Positions 17,546 through 26,381 of a stretch of DNA of 42,487 nucleotides are shown piece after piece (the first letter of the stretch is position 1; each line of letters starts with the position of its first letter). This DNA is from Nitrospiraceae bacterium (GTDB lineage Bacteria > Nitrospirota > Nitrospiria > Nitrospirales > Nitrospiraceae): contig JBBIQV010000027.1 in NCBI GenBank assembly GCA_037442105.1, positions 1 through 42,487 of the forward strand. Direction: 5' to 3'. A program made the translations under genes and the position numbers. Under the pieces are notes generated by a model that worked only from the letters and a program-made list of their open reading frames with translations, had not been told where the DNA came from and made no database searches.

Positions 17546-19540
17546 TTACCGTGCAGCCAAACCGAGGGGCGATGCGCCCGCCATCCAGATCAGGATGAGA
17601 TGCACTAAGATAAACAGCCCCGCCACAATGATGGCTGCGTAGTGATGCACCATGCCGCTCTGCAGCTTGCGCCAGGATCGGGCGGCCAGATGGTTGCTAT
17701 ATCCAATGACGTTCAGTCCCCCATAAATCACGTGCTTCTCGATCCACGTGCTGCCGGCAGAGCCCCACTCCGCCGCTTGCCCCACCATGCGCACGATCCA
17801 GTCGATGACATTCCGGTCGAACCATTCGAGCAGATGCCCAAGACGCTTGCAGGGTTCGACGAACAAGAAATCATAGAGTTCATCGACGTAGTACTTGTTC
17901 AAGAGCGTGGTATATGCTCCGGGCGCGCGCACAGCCCAGTTGTCCGCCGTACTCGGACTGATGCTGTAGAGGTAGTGCGCCAGCCCCCAGCCCAGCAGAG
18001 CGATCGCAGTCGCGGCCCCCATCAGCGTCAGGATCACCCCGATCCCTGCTTCATGCGCCTCCGCCAAGGCCCCGACCACCGGCTGCAGGAAGTGATGGAA
18101 CCACCCCTTCTCCGGAGGTACACCGGGGAACCCGCCGATGACCGAGAGCGTGGCAAGGACCACCAGCGGAGCGATCATGACGACCGGCGATTCGTGGATG
18201 TGCTCCGCCGTGTGGTGATCGACCCGCGATGAGCCGTAGAACGTCAGGTGCGTGAGGCGGAACATGTAAAAGGCCGTGAGGAATGCGCCGATCGCCCCCA
18301 TGGCATAGAGCACGTAGTGGTGATGCATGAACGCATGGCCCAGAATCTCATCCTTGCTCCAGAATCCGGCCAGCGGCGGAAGGCCCGCGATCGCCAGCGT
18401 CCCGATGAGAAACACTCGGTGGGTCCAGGGAATCTTCGCTCGCAAGCCCCCCATTCTTCGAATGTCCTGCTCGCCCGAGAGGGCATGAATGACCGATCCG
18501 GCCGAGAGGAACAGCAGGGCTTTGAAGAATGCGTGGGTCATCAGATGGAAAATGGCTGCCGTGTAGGCTCCGATCCCGCAGCCGAGGAACATATAGCCGA
18601 GCTGACTCACCGTGGAGTAGGCCAACACCCGCTTGATGTCCGTTTGCACCAGGCCGATCGTGGCCGCGAACAGGGCGGTGGCTCCGCCGACCCAGGCCAC
18701 CGTGGTCATGGCCACGGGCGACAGATCGTAAATGACGTGGTTGCGGACGATCATGTAGACGCCGGCGGTGACCATCGTGGCGGCATGGATCAAGGCGCTG
18801 ACCGGCGTGGGACCTTCCATGGCGTCCGGCAGCCAGGTATAGAGAGGGATCTGGGCCGACTTGCCGACGGCGCCGACGAGCAGGCACAGGGCGATGGCCG
18901 TGGCCATGGTCGGCGAGAGTTGACCGGCCTGCGCAAAGACCTGGGTGTAATCCAGGGTCTTGAAGTTGACGAAGACGAGGAAGATGGCCAGCAGAAAGCC
19001 GGCGTCGCCGATGCGGTTCACGACGAAGGCCTTGGTCGCAGCCTTCGCGGCCGAGATGCGGTCGTAATAGTACCCGATCAGGAGATAGGAGCAGAGTCCG
19101 ACGCCTTCCCATCCGATGAAGAGCACCGCGTAGTTGTTGCCCATCACCAGCAACAACATGGAAACCATGAAAAGATTCATGTACGTGAAGAAGCGCGTGA
19201 ACCCCGCTTCGCCGTGCATGTACCCCACGGAGTAGACATGGATCAGAAACCCGACACCGGTGACGACCAGGAGCATGATGCAGGTGAGGGGGTCGATCAA
19301 GAAGGCGAGGTTGATCGTCAGATCTCCGCCGAAGATCCATTTATAGGCTACGACTTCGCGGGCTTGGCCGGACTGGAGCGTGTCCGCGAAGACGGTAATG
19401 GCGCAGAGAAACGAGAGGAGGACGGATCCCCAGGCCAGCTGGTGGGCCCGGTCGTGCGAGTAGCGGCTCCCCAGCAGGCCGTTCAGCACGACGGCGATGA
19501 GCGGGAAGACAGGGATGAGGATAACCAGGAGATCGAACAT
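17546..19540 (-). CDS. nuoL: NADH-quinone oxidoreductase subunit L with elongated lateral helix
   Basis: GWEGVG, NRIGD, GKSAQ.PL..WLPDAMEGPTPVSALIHAATMV; 664 aa. Confidence 0.97.
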   Translation of the reverse strand: MFDLLVILIPVFPLIAVVLNGLLGSRYSHDRAHQLAWGSVLLSFLCAITVFADTLQSGQAREVVAYKWIFGGDLTINLAFLIDPLTCIMLLVVTGVGFLIHVYSVGYMHGEAGFTRFFTYMNLFMVSMLLLVMGNNYAVLFIGWEGVGLCSYLLIGYYYDRISAAKAATKAFVVNRIGDAGFLLAIFLVFVNFKTLDYTQVFAQAGQLSPTMATAIALCLLVGAVGKSAQIPLYTWLPDAMEGPTPVSALIHAATMVTAGVYMIVRNHVIYDLSPVAMTTVAWVGGATALFAATIGLVQTDIKRVLAYSTVSQLGYMFLGCGIGAYTAAIFHLMTHAFFKALLFLSAGSVIHALSGEQDIRRMGGLRAKIPWTHRVFLIGTLAIAGLPPLAGFWSKDEILGHAFMHHHYVLYAMGAIGAFLTAFYMFRLTHLTFYGSSRVDHHTAEHIHESPVVMIAPLVVLATLSVIGGFPGVPPEKGWFHHFLQPVVGALAEAHEAGIGVILTLMGAATAIALLGWGLAHYLYSISPSTADNWAVRAPGAYTTLLNKYYVDELYDFLFVEPCKRLGHLLEWFDRNVIDWIVRMVGQAAEWGSAGSTWIEKHVIYGGLNVIGYSNHLAARSWRKLQSGMVHHYAAIIVAGLFILVHLILIWMAGASPLGLAAR

Positions 19541-19553
19541 TCTCTTAATTCTT

Positions 19554-19620
19554 AGCTGTCAGTTTTCAGCCATCAGCTCTCAGCTCCTGCAGAAGCTGCT
19601 GACCGCTGACGGCTGATAGC
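19554..19620. repeat. AGCNNTC/GCTGANN heptamer hairpin, nuoK-nuoL spacer
   Basis: AGCTGTC AGTTTTC AGCCATC AGCTCTC AGC ... GCTGACC GCTGACG GCTGATA GC. Confidence 0.88.
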
Positions 19621-19628
19621 GGTTTTCG

Positions 19629-19931
19629 TTACCACTTCAGCAAGTTCATTTCGTCCACGTTGGTGGAAATCTTTCCACGGAACACGACGATGATAATGGC
19701 CAGCCCCACCGCGGCTTCGCCGGCGGCGATGGCGATCACGAACAGCGCCACGATTTGGCCCGCCATGGATTCCAGGTAATGGGAGAAGGCCACCAGGTTA
19801 ATGTTGGCAGCATTCAGCATGATCTCGACCGCCATCAAGACGATGATGAAGTTTCGCCTGATCAGGACCCCGAGCAGACCGGTCGCAAAGAGCACGGCGC
19901 TGACCGCGACGTATGCGCTTAAGGGAACCAT
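19629..19931 (-). CDS. nuoK: NADH-quinone oxidoreductase subunit K
   Basis: RRN..LMAVEIMLNA, AAGEAAVGLA, ends LLKW. Confidence 0.96.
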   Translation of the reverse strand: MVPLSAYVAVSAVLFATGLLGVLIRRNFIIVLMAVEIMLNAANINLVAFSHYLESMAGQIVALFVIAIAAGEAAVGLAIIIVVFRGKISTNVDEMNLLKW

Positions 19932-19943
19932 AAAATTACATCC

Positions 19944-20048
19944 GGCTATCAGCCACCAGCCGTCAGCTTTCAGCTTCGGACAACCGAACGAGCGATGGAT
20001 AACGACTCGCGGTCTTGGCTGAATGCTGAAAGCTGATCGCTGACAGCT
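19944..20048. repeat. AGCNNTC/GCTGANN heptamer hairpin, nuoJ-nuoK spacer
   Basis: GGCTATC AGCCACC AGCCGTC AGCTTTC AGC - 43 nt - GCTGAAT GCTGAAA GCTGATC GCTGACA GCT. Confidence 0.88.
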
Positions 20049-20052
20049 TCAT

Positions 20053-20574
20053 TTACTCCTGTTCCACATCCGCGGCCCTCGGCGTTTTCGCCAACACAAT
20101 CGCGCCGATAATGGCGCCCAAGAGAAAGATGCCCACGATCTCGAAGGCGAGGAGATAATCGCTAAACATCTTGATGCCGACCGCGTGCGTGTCTCCGTTC
20201 TGAAGCACCGCAGCCGCCGGCGCATCCCCTTTGGCGCCGCCGAAGGGCGACCGCACCATCAGCATGAGCAAATAGACCGTTCCGATCACGGCCGGAACCA
20301 AGAAGTAGGGATACTTCGAGTGGAAGTATCGTTCGTCGGTTTTCAAGTTGAGGAGCATCAGCACGAACAGATACAGCACAAGGATCGCGCCTGCATAGAC
20401 CACGACCTGGACTGCCCAGAGAAATTCCGCGTTGAGCAGCACGAACAGTCCGGACACGTGCAGCAGCAAGGCCAGTAACGCGAGCCCGCATTGCACGGGG
20501 TTCTTCAACGCGACGGTCAAAACCCCTGCGGCGATACTCACCAGCGAGAAGTAGGCAAAAAAGAACGGCACCAT
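20053..20574 (-). CDS. nuoJ: NADH-quinone oxidoreductase subunit J
   Basis: NPV, LNAEFL..VQVVVYAGAILVLYLFVLMLL, YLLAFE. Confidence 0.96.
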   Translation of the reverse strand: MVPFFFAYFSLVSIAAGVLTVALKNPVQCGLALLALLLHVSGLFVLLNAEFLWAVQVVVYAGAILVLYLFVLMLLNLKTDERYFHSKYPYFLVPAVIGTVYLLMLMVRSPFGGAKGDAPAAAVLQNGDTHAVGIKMFSDYLLAFEIVGIFLLGAIIGAIVLAKTPRAADVEQE

Positions 20575-20579
20575 CTGGT

Positions 20580-21167
20580 TCAGCTCAAATGTTTGGGTGG
20601 TGGTTGGGTGGATTTGAGCACCGACTGTGGAAAGTAGTAGCGGTACTCGCGGTTCTGCTCGGAGTCTTTTTCCTGGTTATGGGCCACCAGATATTTTTTC
20701 GCGTCCGCGAGATGGCGCTCGCCGATCTCGTAGAGCCGCTTCTTATCGAACAGGAGGGTGCGCTTGTCGTGGGTGGAAAACTCGTACATCTTCGTCATGG
20801 CCAGCGCATTGACCGGGCAGGCCTCGACGCAGTAGCCGCAGAAGACGCACTTGGTGATGTCGATGTAAAACTCGCTCGCGTACCGTTGAAGCGGAAGATC
20901 CTTCCGCTCCTGGCTGACCACTTTGATGCATCGGGACGGACAAGCCGCTTCGCAGAGGTCGCAACCCACGCAGCGCTCTCTGCCGTCGTCGTAGCGGAGC
21001 AGGCCGAGCGCCCCACGGTGCCCGTCGGGGATCGTGCGCTGTTCGCGCGGGTACTGAAACGTGATCGGCTTATGGAACATGTGCTTGAAGGTCACCTTCA
21101 TCGCGTCCCAGATTTCATAGAACAACGCGGCCTGGAGCACTTTCTTGGTCAGGACTGCGACACTCAT
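20580..21167 (-). CDS. nuoI: NADH-quinone oxidoreductase subunit I
   Basis: ITFQYP, CVGCDLCEAACP and CVFCGYCVEACP; GGAG RBS before ATG 21167. Confidence 0.96.
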   Translation of the reverse strand: MSVAVLTKKVLQAALFYEIWDAMKVTFKHMFHKPITFQYPREQRTIPDGHRGALGLLRYDDGRERCVGCDLCEAACPSRCIKVVSQERKDLPLQRYASEFYIDITKCVFCGYCVEACPVNALAMTKMYEFSTHDKRTLLFDKKRLYEIGERHLADAKKYLVAHNQEKDSEQNREYRYYFPQSVLKSTQPPPKHLS

Positions 21168-21189
21168 CGCTCGCTCCACAGCGCCTGCT

Positions 21190-23889
21190 TCATGCCTTCT
21201 CGATGCTGACCCACGTCAGCTTGAAGGACGGGACTCCGGTGGTCGGGTTCACGTCCACGGTCATCAGATCCTTCACGGGAGGATCGTTAAAATGCTCAGG
21301 GAAGAAGCAGGAGCCCGCCAGCACCGCCGGGTCCGCTTGCACACCGAGAAGCAGCGAACCGCGATCGGACGTGACCTTGACCATTGCACTCTCAGTCAGC
21401 CCCAGCCGCTCCATATCCTGCGCGTGCATCCGCAACCGCTGCGTATTGGGTGCCACTTTGACCAGCCCCGAAGCCTGGGTCGACAGCTTGCCGGAGTGAT
21501 AGAGAAGCTGGCCCATGATCAGGGCGAACCGATGCGCGACTGTTGACCATTGACGATTGACGATTGACGAATACCGACTTCCCACCTCGGCGACAAAACC
21601 ATTTGCAAGGTAGTCATCTGCTTTGGGCGTAATTTTCCGCGGCTGCCCCAGGTTGTAGTAGCCCGGAAGCAGCTTCATGATTTCGTTTTGGATGTTTTGC
21701 GGGGTTTCGTAGTTCCACTCGGAACCCAAGCCATTAGCCAGCGCGGTCATGATGTGCCAGTCCGGCAGGCTTTCTCCAACAGGGTCCATGGCTTGCCGGA
21801 CACGCAAGACCTTCCCTTCCAAGTTTGTGAAGGTGCCTTCTTTCTCCGCGTAAGTGCAGGCGGGAAGGACGACGTAAGCCAACTGAGCTGTTTCAGTCAG
21901 AAACGGATCCTGGCAGATGAGCAGATCAACCCGCTCCAGAGCCGCATGCACATCACAGGAAGCGGGAAGTGTAGCGAGCGGATTCTCTCCGATGAGATAA
22001 AGCGCCTTGATCTGACCGCTGCGGCAGCGGGAGAGAATGTCCATCAGGCTGGCGCCCGTCCCCATTGCCGGAAGGCTCGCGTCCCACGCCTTGGCGAACC
22101 GTTCGCGAGCAGCCGGGTCGTCGAACCTGGCTTGGCCTGGCAAGAACTCCGGCGCGACCCCCATGTCTACAGCGCCTTGTTCGTTGATCTCCTCCGTCAC
22201 CGTGTTCACACCGCAACCAGGTCGGCCGAGCTTGCCCGTGACCCAGGCTAGATCGATCAGTTTGAGTATGTTCTGGTACCCATCCGGGCGACGGACGATC
22301 CCTTCAGCGCAGAGAATGATGGACCTTGGGGCCTCGGCGAATATCGACGCAGCCTCGTTGATCGAGTCGCCAGAAATCCCGGTTTGCACAGACACCTGTT
22401 CCAGCGAAATATTCGCAAGCGCCTGTTTCAATGCCGCATAGGCCTGCGGGTGTTGTGTTGTCGCCTCCTCGTCCACCAGGTCTTGTTCGATCACCGCCTT
22501 CACCAGCCCGTCGATGAATACTCCCTCCGTTCCCGGTTTGACCAACAGGGGATGGGATGCCAGCTTGGCGATGTTGGTGTTGGCCGAATCGACCACGATG
22601 ACCTGCGACTTGTACACGCGGATCGATTCCTTCACCCGCACCGACGTGAGCGGATTGGTCTCGGTGATATTGGACCCGATCAAGAGAATGGCCTTGGCCT
22701 TCGTGATGTCTTCCCAGTCGTTCGGCATGCGGCCGATGCCGAAGGCGTGTTTGGCGGCACGCACAAAATTCGCATGCCCGTAGCGGGCACTGCTATCGAG
22801 CTGATTGGTCCCGATGACTGTTCGCATCAGTTTCTGGAACAGATATAGCTCTTCGTTGGTACAGCGGGCCGTGATCAACCCAGCAATGGCCTGTGACCCA
22901 TGCTTGGCCTTGATGGTGGAAAGACGCTCGATGACCTGCTGCATGGCCTCGATCCACGGCGTCTCGACCAATCTTCCCTCTCGCCTGACAAGAGGCCGCA
23001 TCAGTCGAGCGCCGCTATCGATGTACTGGAAACCGAACCGGCCGCGGACGCACAGTCCGCCGTGGCCCTTGACGGTTTCGGCGCGATCGCCCCATTTGTT
23101 TTTCCAGGAGAGGGGCGACGTCACGCGGACGACTTCCGAATCTTTCGTTTCCAGAAACATCTGGCAGCCGTCGCCGCAGTAGTTACACGTCGTCGCGGTT
23201 TTCTTCATCTGCCACGGCTTGTACTGATATTTGGAATACTTATTCGTGATCGCGCCGACGGGGCACACCGCCAGGCAGTCTCCGCAGAATTCGCAGGAGA
23301 GCGGGACATCGCCTTTGGCCACCACCTGGTTGAACCCGCCTTTCTTCATGAACTGGAGGGCATCGATCATCAACACGTCCTTGCAGACGTTGATACACTG
23401 GGCGCAGGCGATACAGCGATTCATGTTGAAGTCCAGCACCAGGCTCCGTGTGTCCTCCGGGATGAACTTCTGCTTGGCATTGGCAAGGTTTGTCACGCCG
23501 TGCAGGAAGGCCATGTCTTGGAGTTCGCAGTGGCCGTCCGCATCGCACACCGGGCAGTCTAATGGGTGGACTGAGAGGTGCTTTTCCACCGCTTTCCTTC
23601 TGGCCTGAAACAGGTCATCGCCTTCTGTGCGGATGACCATCCCGGCTGTGGCCTTCGCCGTGCATGAACGAACCGGCGCCTTCTTCCCTTCCTGTATCAC
23701 CAGACACATGCCGCAGGATCCGAATGGATCGAAGGTGTAGTGGTAACACATGGCCGGAATGACCTTGCCCGTGCTGGCCACCACGTCGTATAGAGAGACC
23801 CCATCCTTGGCCGTGACGGTCTGGCCGTCGATCGTCAGTTCGATCGTCGCGGCTTCGACTTCAGGATTGGTCGCCGGCTTCAGTCCCAT
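21190..23889 (-). CDS. nuoG: NuoG-like Fe-S subunit (formate-dehydrogenase-alpha-like scaffold)
   Basis: 2Fe-2S motif (CY..CGMC..C), HPLDCPVC..C, two CxxCxxCxxxC motifs, CNYCGDGC..C, molybdopterin-oxidoreductase-like body; position in nuo operon. Confidence 0.88.
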   Translation of the reverse strand: MGLKPATNPEVEAATIELTIDGQTVTAKDGVSLYDVVASTGKVIPAMCYHYTFDPFGSCGMCLVIQEGKKAPVRSCTAKATAGMVIRTEGDDLFQARRKAVEKHLSVHPLDCPVCDADGHCELQDMAFLHGVTNLANAKQKFIPEDTRSLVLDFNMNRCIACAQCINVCKDVLMIDALQFMKKGGFNQVVAKGDVPLSCEFCGDCLAVCPVGAITNKYSKYQYKPWQMKKTATTCNYCGDGCQMFLETKDSEVVRVTSPLSWKNKWGDRAETVKGHGGLCVRGRFGFQYIDSGARLMRPLVRREGRLVETPWIEAMQQVIERLSTIKAKHGSQAIAGLITARCTNEELYLFQKLMRTVIGTNQLDSSARYGHANFVRAAKHAFGIGRMPNDWEDITKAKAILLIGSNITETNPLTSVRVKESIRVYKSQVIVVDSANTNIAKLASHPLLVKPGTEGVFIDGLVKAVIEQDLVDEEATTQHPQAYAALKQALANISLEQVSVQTGISGDSINEAASIFAEAPRSIILCAEGIVRRPDGYQNILKLIDLAWVTGKLGRPGCGVNTVTEEINEQGAVDMGVAPEFLPGQARFDDPAARERFAKAWDASLPAMGTGASLMDILSRCRSGQIKALYLIGENPLATLPASCDVHAALERVDLLICQDPFLTETAQLAYVVLPACTYAEKEGTFTNLEGKVLRVRQAMDPVGESLPDWHIMTALANGLGSEWNYETPQNIQNEIMKLLPGYYNLGQPRKITPKADDYLANGFVAEVGSRYSSIVNRQWSTVAHRFALIMGQLLYHSGKLSTQASGLVKVAPNTQRLRMHAQDMERLGLTESAMVKVTSDRGSLLLGVQADPAVLAGSCFFPEHFNDPPVKDLMTVDVNPTTGVPSFKLTWVSIEKA
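21543..21570. repeat. (TTGACGA)n heptamer array inside nuoG
   Basis: TTGACCA TTGACGA TTGACGA TTGACGA; translated as SSIVNRQWST. Confidence 0.85.
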
Positions 23890-23900
23890 GCTCTAACTCC

Positions 23901-23960
23901 AGCTATCAGCCGTCAGCTCTCAGCAGTCAGCCTTTAGCTGAAAGCTGATCGCTGAACGCT
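23901..23960. repeat. AGCNNTC/GCTGANN heptamer hairpin, nuoD-nuoG spacer
   Basis: AGCTATC AGCCGTC AGCTCTC AGCAGTC AGC - 5 nt - GCTGAAA GCTGATC GCTGAAC GCT. Confidence 0.88.
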
Positions 23961-23966
23961 CCCTTG

Positions 23967-25211
23967 CTAGCGGTCGCACTCCCCCATCACAATGTCGTAG
24001 GTCCCGAAGATCGTGACGGCGTCGGCGATCATATAGCCTCTCGACATAAAATCGAACGCGCCCATGTGAATGAACGAGGGGGCGCGGATTTTCAACCGGT
24101 AGGGCTTGCCCCCGCCCGTGCTCACGATATAGAACCCGAGCTCGCCCTTGTGTGCCTCGGTGCCGCAATAAATTTCTCCCGGAGGAGCGTTGAAGCCCTG
24201 CGAGAAAAGTTTAAACTGCTGGATCATGGAATCGAGGTTGGTGAAGACCCGCTCCTTGGGCGGTAGAGTCACACTGGGCACATCCGCCATGATCGGCCCC
24301 TCTTGCATCTGATCGAGGCACTGCCGGATGATCTTCACACTCTCATACATCTCCTGGACGCGGATCCAGTACCGGTCGTACGTATCGCCGTTCTTGCCGA
24401 CAGGCACGCTGAACTCGCACTTGGGATAGGCCGCATAAGGCTCGTACTTGCGCAGGTCGTAATTCACCCCCGATCCTCGGAGCGTTGGCCCGCTCAGGCC
24501 GAAATTCACGGCATCTTCCGCGGAGATCACGGCAATCCCTTTGGTCCTCGCAAGCCAGATCCGGTTCTTTTCGAGGAACACGACGTACTCGTCGATCTTG
24601 GGAGGAAAGTAGTCCAGGAACTGGCGCAATTTGTTCAGGAGCGACGGGGTGAAGTCCCGCTCCACTCCGCCGATCCGGTACCAGCTCGTCGTCAACCGCG
24701 CGCCACAGAGTTCATCGAACCAGTCGAGCAGGATCTCGCGGTCGCGGAAGCAGTAGAAGAAGACCGTCATGGCGCCAATGTCGAGCGCCTGCGTGCCCAG
24801 CCAGAACTGGTGGCCGATGATCCGCTGTACCTCCGCGACGATCGTTCGCAGATACTCGGCCCGCTCCGGCACAGTGATGTTCATCAACTTCTCGACCGCC
24901 CGGCAGTAGGCAAAATTGTTGTACATGGCGCAGACGTAATCGAGGCGGTCCGTATGGGGAATGAACTGGTGGTAGGTGCCTTCCTCTGCGAGCTTTTCAA
25001 CCCCGCGGTGGAGGAACCCCATCACCGGCGTGGACTTGACGAGCCGCTCCCCTTCCAACTCGAGGATGACTTTCAGCACTCCGTGGGTGCTCGGATGCTG
25101 CGGCCCCATGTTGAGAAGTAGCTCTTCCGTACGGAGCGTCGGGAGCGTGGCGCTCTCCGGATGTTCAGGATCGACTTTGTAAACGGTGGTCCGTTGGTCG
25201 TGGAGCTTCAT
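23967..25211 (-). CDS. nuoD: NADH-quinone oxidoreductase subunit D
   Basis: LNMGPQHPSTHGVL, LHRGVEK, DRLDY, ends DIVMGECDR; ATG 25211 preferred because the listed upstream extension runs through a repeat. Confidence 0.96.
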   Translation of the reverse strand: MKLHDQRTTVYKVDPEHPESATLPTLRTEELLLNMGPQHPSTHGVLKVILELEGERLVKSTPVMGFLHRGVEKLAEEGTYHQFIPHTDRLDYVCAMYNNFAYCRAVEKLMNITVPERAEYLRTIVAEVQRIIGHQFWLGTQALDIGAMTVFFYCFRDREILLDWFDELCGARLTTSWYRIGGVERDFTPSLLNKLRQFLDYFPPKIDEYVVFLEKNRIWLARTKGIAVISAEDAVNFGLSGPTLRGSGVNYDLRKYEPYAAYPKCEFSVPVGKNGDTYDRYWIRVQEMYESVKIIRQCLDQMQEGPIMADVPSVTLPPKERVFTNLDSMIQQFKLFSQGFNAPPGEIYCGTEAHKGELGFYIVSTGGGKPYRLKIRAPSFIHMGAFDFMSRGYMIADAVTIFGTYDIVMGECDR

Positions 25212-25220
25212 CTTTATTTT

Positions 25221-25280
25221 TAGCGAACAGCGAGTAGCCGGCAGCAAATAGCTCTGAGCTGTTCGCTATGAGCTATTCGC
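25221..25280. repeat. (T/C)AGCNNN heptamer hairpin, nuoC-nuoD spacer
   Basis: TAGCGAA CAGCGAG TAGCCGG CAGCAAA TAGCTCT GAGCT GTTCGCT ATGAGCT ATTCGC. Confidence 0.75.
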
Positions 25281-25767
25281 GTTCATTCAAGAATTCAAAT
25301 GTGTCGCGCCAGCCCTTGCCACGAAGCGGGAAGTCCTTTCGCAACGGATAGCCCTCGGTGTACTCATCCGGCATGAGAATCCGGCGCAGGTCGGGGTGGT
25401 TGCGGAACCGGACCCCCATCATGTCGTACACCTCGCGCTCCATGAAGTCGGCGCCCTTCCAAATATCGGTCAGGGAATCCACCACACAGTCAGACTCAGG
25501 CACACGCGCCTTCAGCCTGATGCGATGCCGCCTCCGGATGGAATAGAATTCATAGACTACTTCGAACCGCATCTCATCATCCGGCCAGTCTACCGAGCTG
25601 ACGTGCACGATGTAATCGAAGTCCATCGTCGGGTCGTCATGAAGGAATCGGGCTACATCGTGCAGTGCCTCGCGTGTTACGGTCACGGCAACGTCCCCTC
25701 GCCATTCCACGGCTTTTACGAAGCCGGACGGGAACGTATCCTGAACTCGTTCGGCCAACCGATGCAT
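25273..25767 (-). CDS. nuoC: NADH-quinone oxidoreductase subunit C
   Basis: RFEVVY, EREVYDMMGVRF..HPDLRRILMP, YPLRKDFP. Confidence 0.96.
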   Translation of the reverse strand: MHRLAERVQDTFPSGFVKAVEWRGDVAVTVTREALHDVARFLHDDPTMDFDYIVHVSSVDWPDDEMRFEVVYEFYSIRRRHRIRLKARVPESDCVVDSLTDIWKGADFMEREVYDMMGVRFRNHPDLRRILMPDEYTEGYPLRKDFPLRGKGWRDTFEFLNERE

Positions 25768-25781
25768 CACCCTCTCACCCC

Positions 25782-26297
25782 TTACACTCTGACCTGCTCC
25801 GGCTGCTTGGTGAAGACCCGCTTCTGCATGATGCGTTCTTGCAGCTTAAGAATCCCGTCAAAGAGGGCCTCGGGAGTCGGCGGACAGCCGGGTACGTAAA
25901 TGTCCACGGGAATGAATCGATCGACACCCTGCACGACGCTGTAACTGTCGTAAATGTTGCCCGAGGTGGCACAGGAGCCCATCGCGATCACATACTTGGG
26001 CTCCGGCATCTGGTCATAGATTTTCCGGATGACCGGCGCCATGCGGCGGCACACCGTGCCGGCGACGATCATCAGGTCGGACTGACGCGGGGAGGCTCGA
26101 AACACCCCGGCGCCATACCGGTCCATGTCGTACCGTGAAGATACTGCCGCGATCATTTCGATCGCACAGCAGGCCAGACCGAACGTCATGGGCCACAGAG
26201 ACCCCTTGCGCGCCCAGTTGACCGCTTTCTCAACGGTGGTTGTGATGACGTCCGGCTGTCCATCCTTGTCGTGTCGTCCGAGTTGAATTAAACCCAC
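25782..26297 (-). CDS. nuoB: NADH-quinone oxidoreductase subunit B
   Basis: [30 protein letters not shown]. Confidence 0.97.
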   Translation of the reverse strand: MGLIQLGRHDKDGQPDVITTTVEKAVNWARKGSLWPMTFGLACCAIEMIAAVSSRYDMDRYGAGVFRASPRQSDLMIVAGTVCRRMAPVIRKIYDQMPEPKYVIAMGSCATSGNIYDSYSVVQGVDRFIPVDIYVPGCPPTPEALFDGILKLQERIMQKRVFTKQPEQVRV

Positions 26298-26310
26298 AAC
26301 AACCTCCAGA

Positions 26311-26380
26311 AGCTCTCAGCATTCAGCGATCAGCTTTCAGCTCGAACCGACGGCTGATGGCTGAGAGCTGATGGCTCACA
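26311..26380. repeat. AGCNNTC/GCTGANN heptamer hairpin, nuoA-nuoB spacer
   Basis: AGCTCTC AGCATTC AGCGATC AGCTTTC AGC - 11 nt - GCTGATG GCTGAGA GCTGATG GCTCACA. Confidence 0.88.
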
Positions 26381-26381
26381 A

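Noticed and set aside
21190..23889. Calling this gene a functional formate dehydrogenase alpha subunit
   Set aside because: Mo-ligating Cys/Sec and the catalytic Arg are replaced, and it occupies the nuoG position.
14243..26380. Recurrent repeats as a CRISPR array
   Set aside because: Units are 7-bp degenerate tandems dispersed at gene junctions, not 23-47-bp repeats with regular spacers; no cas genes present.
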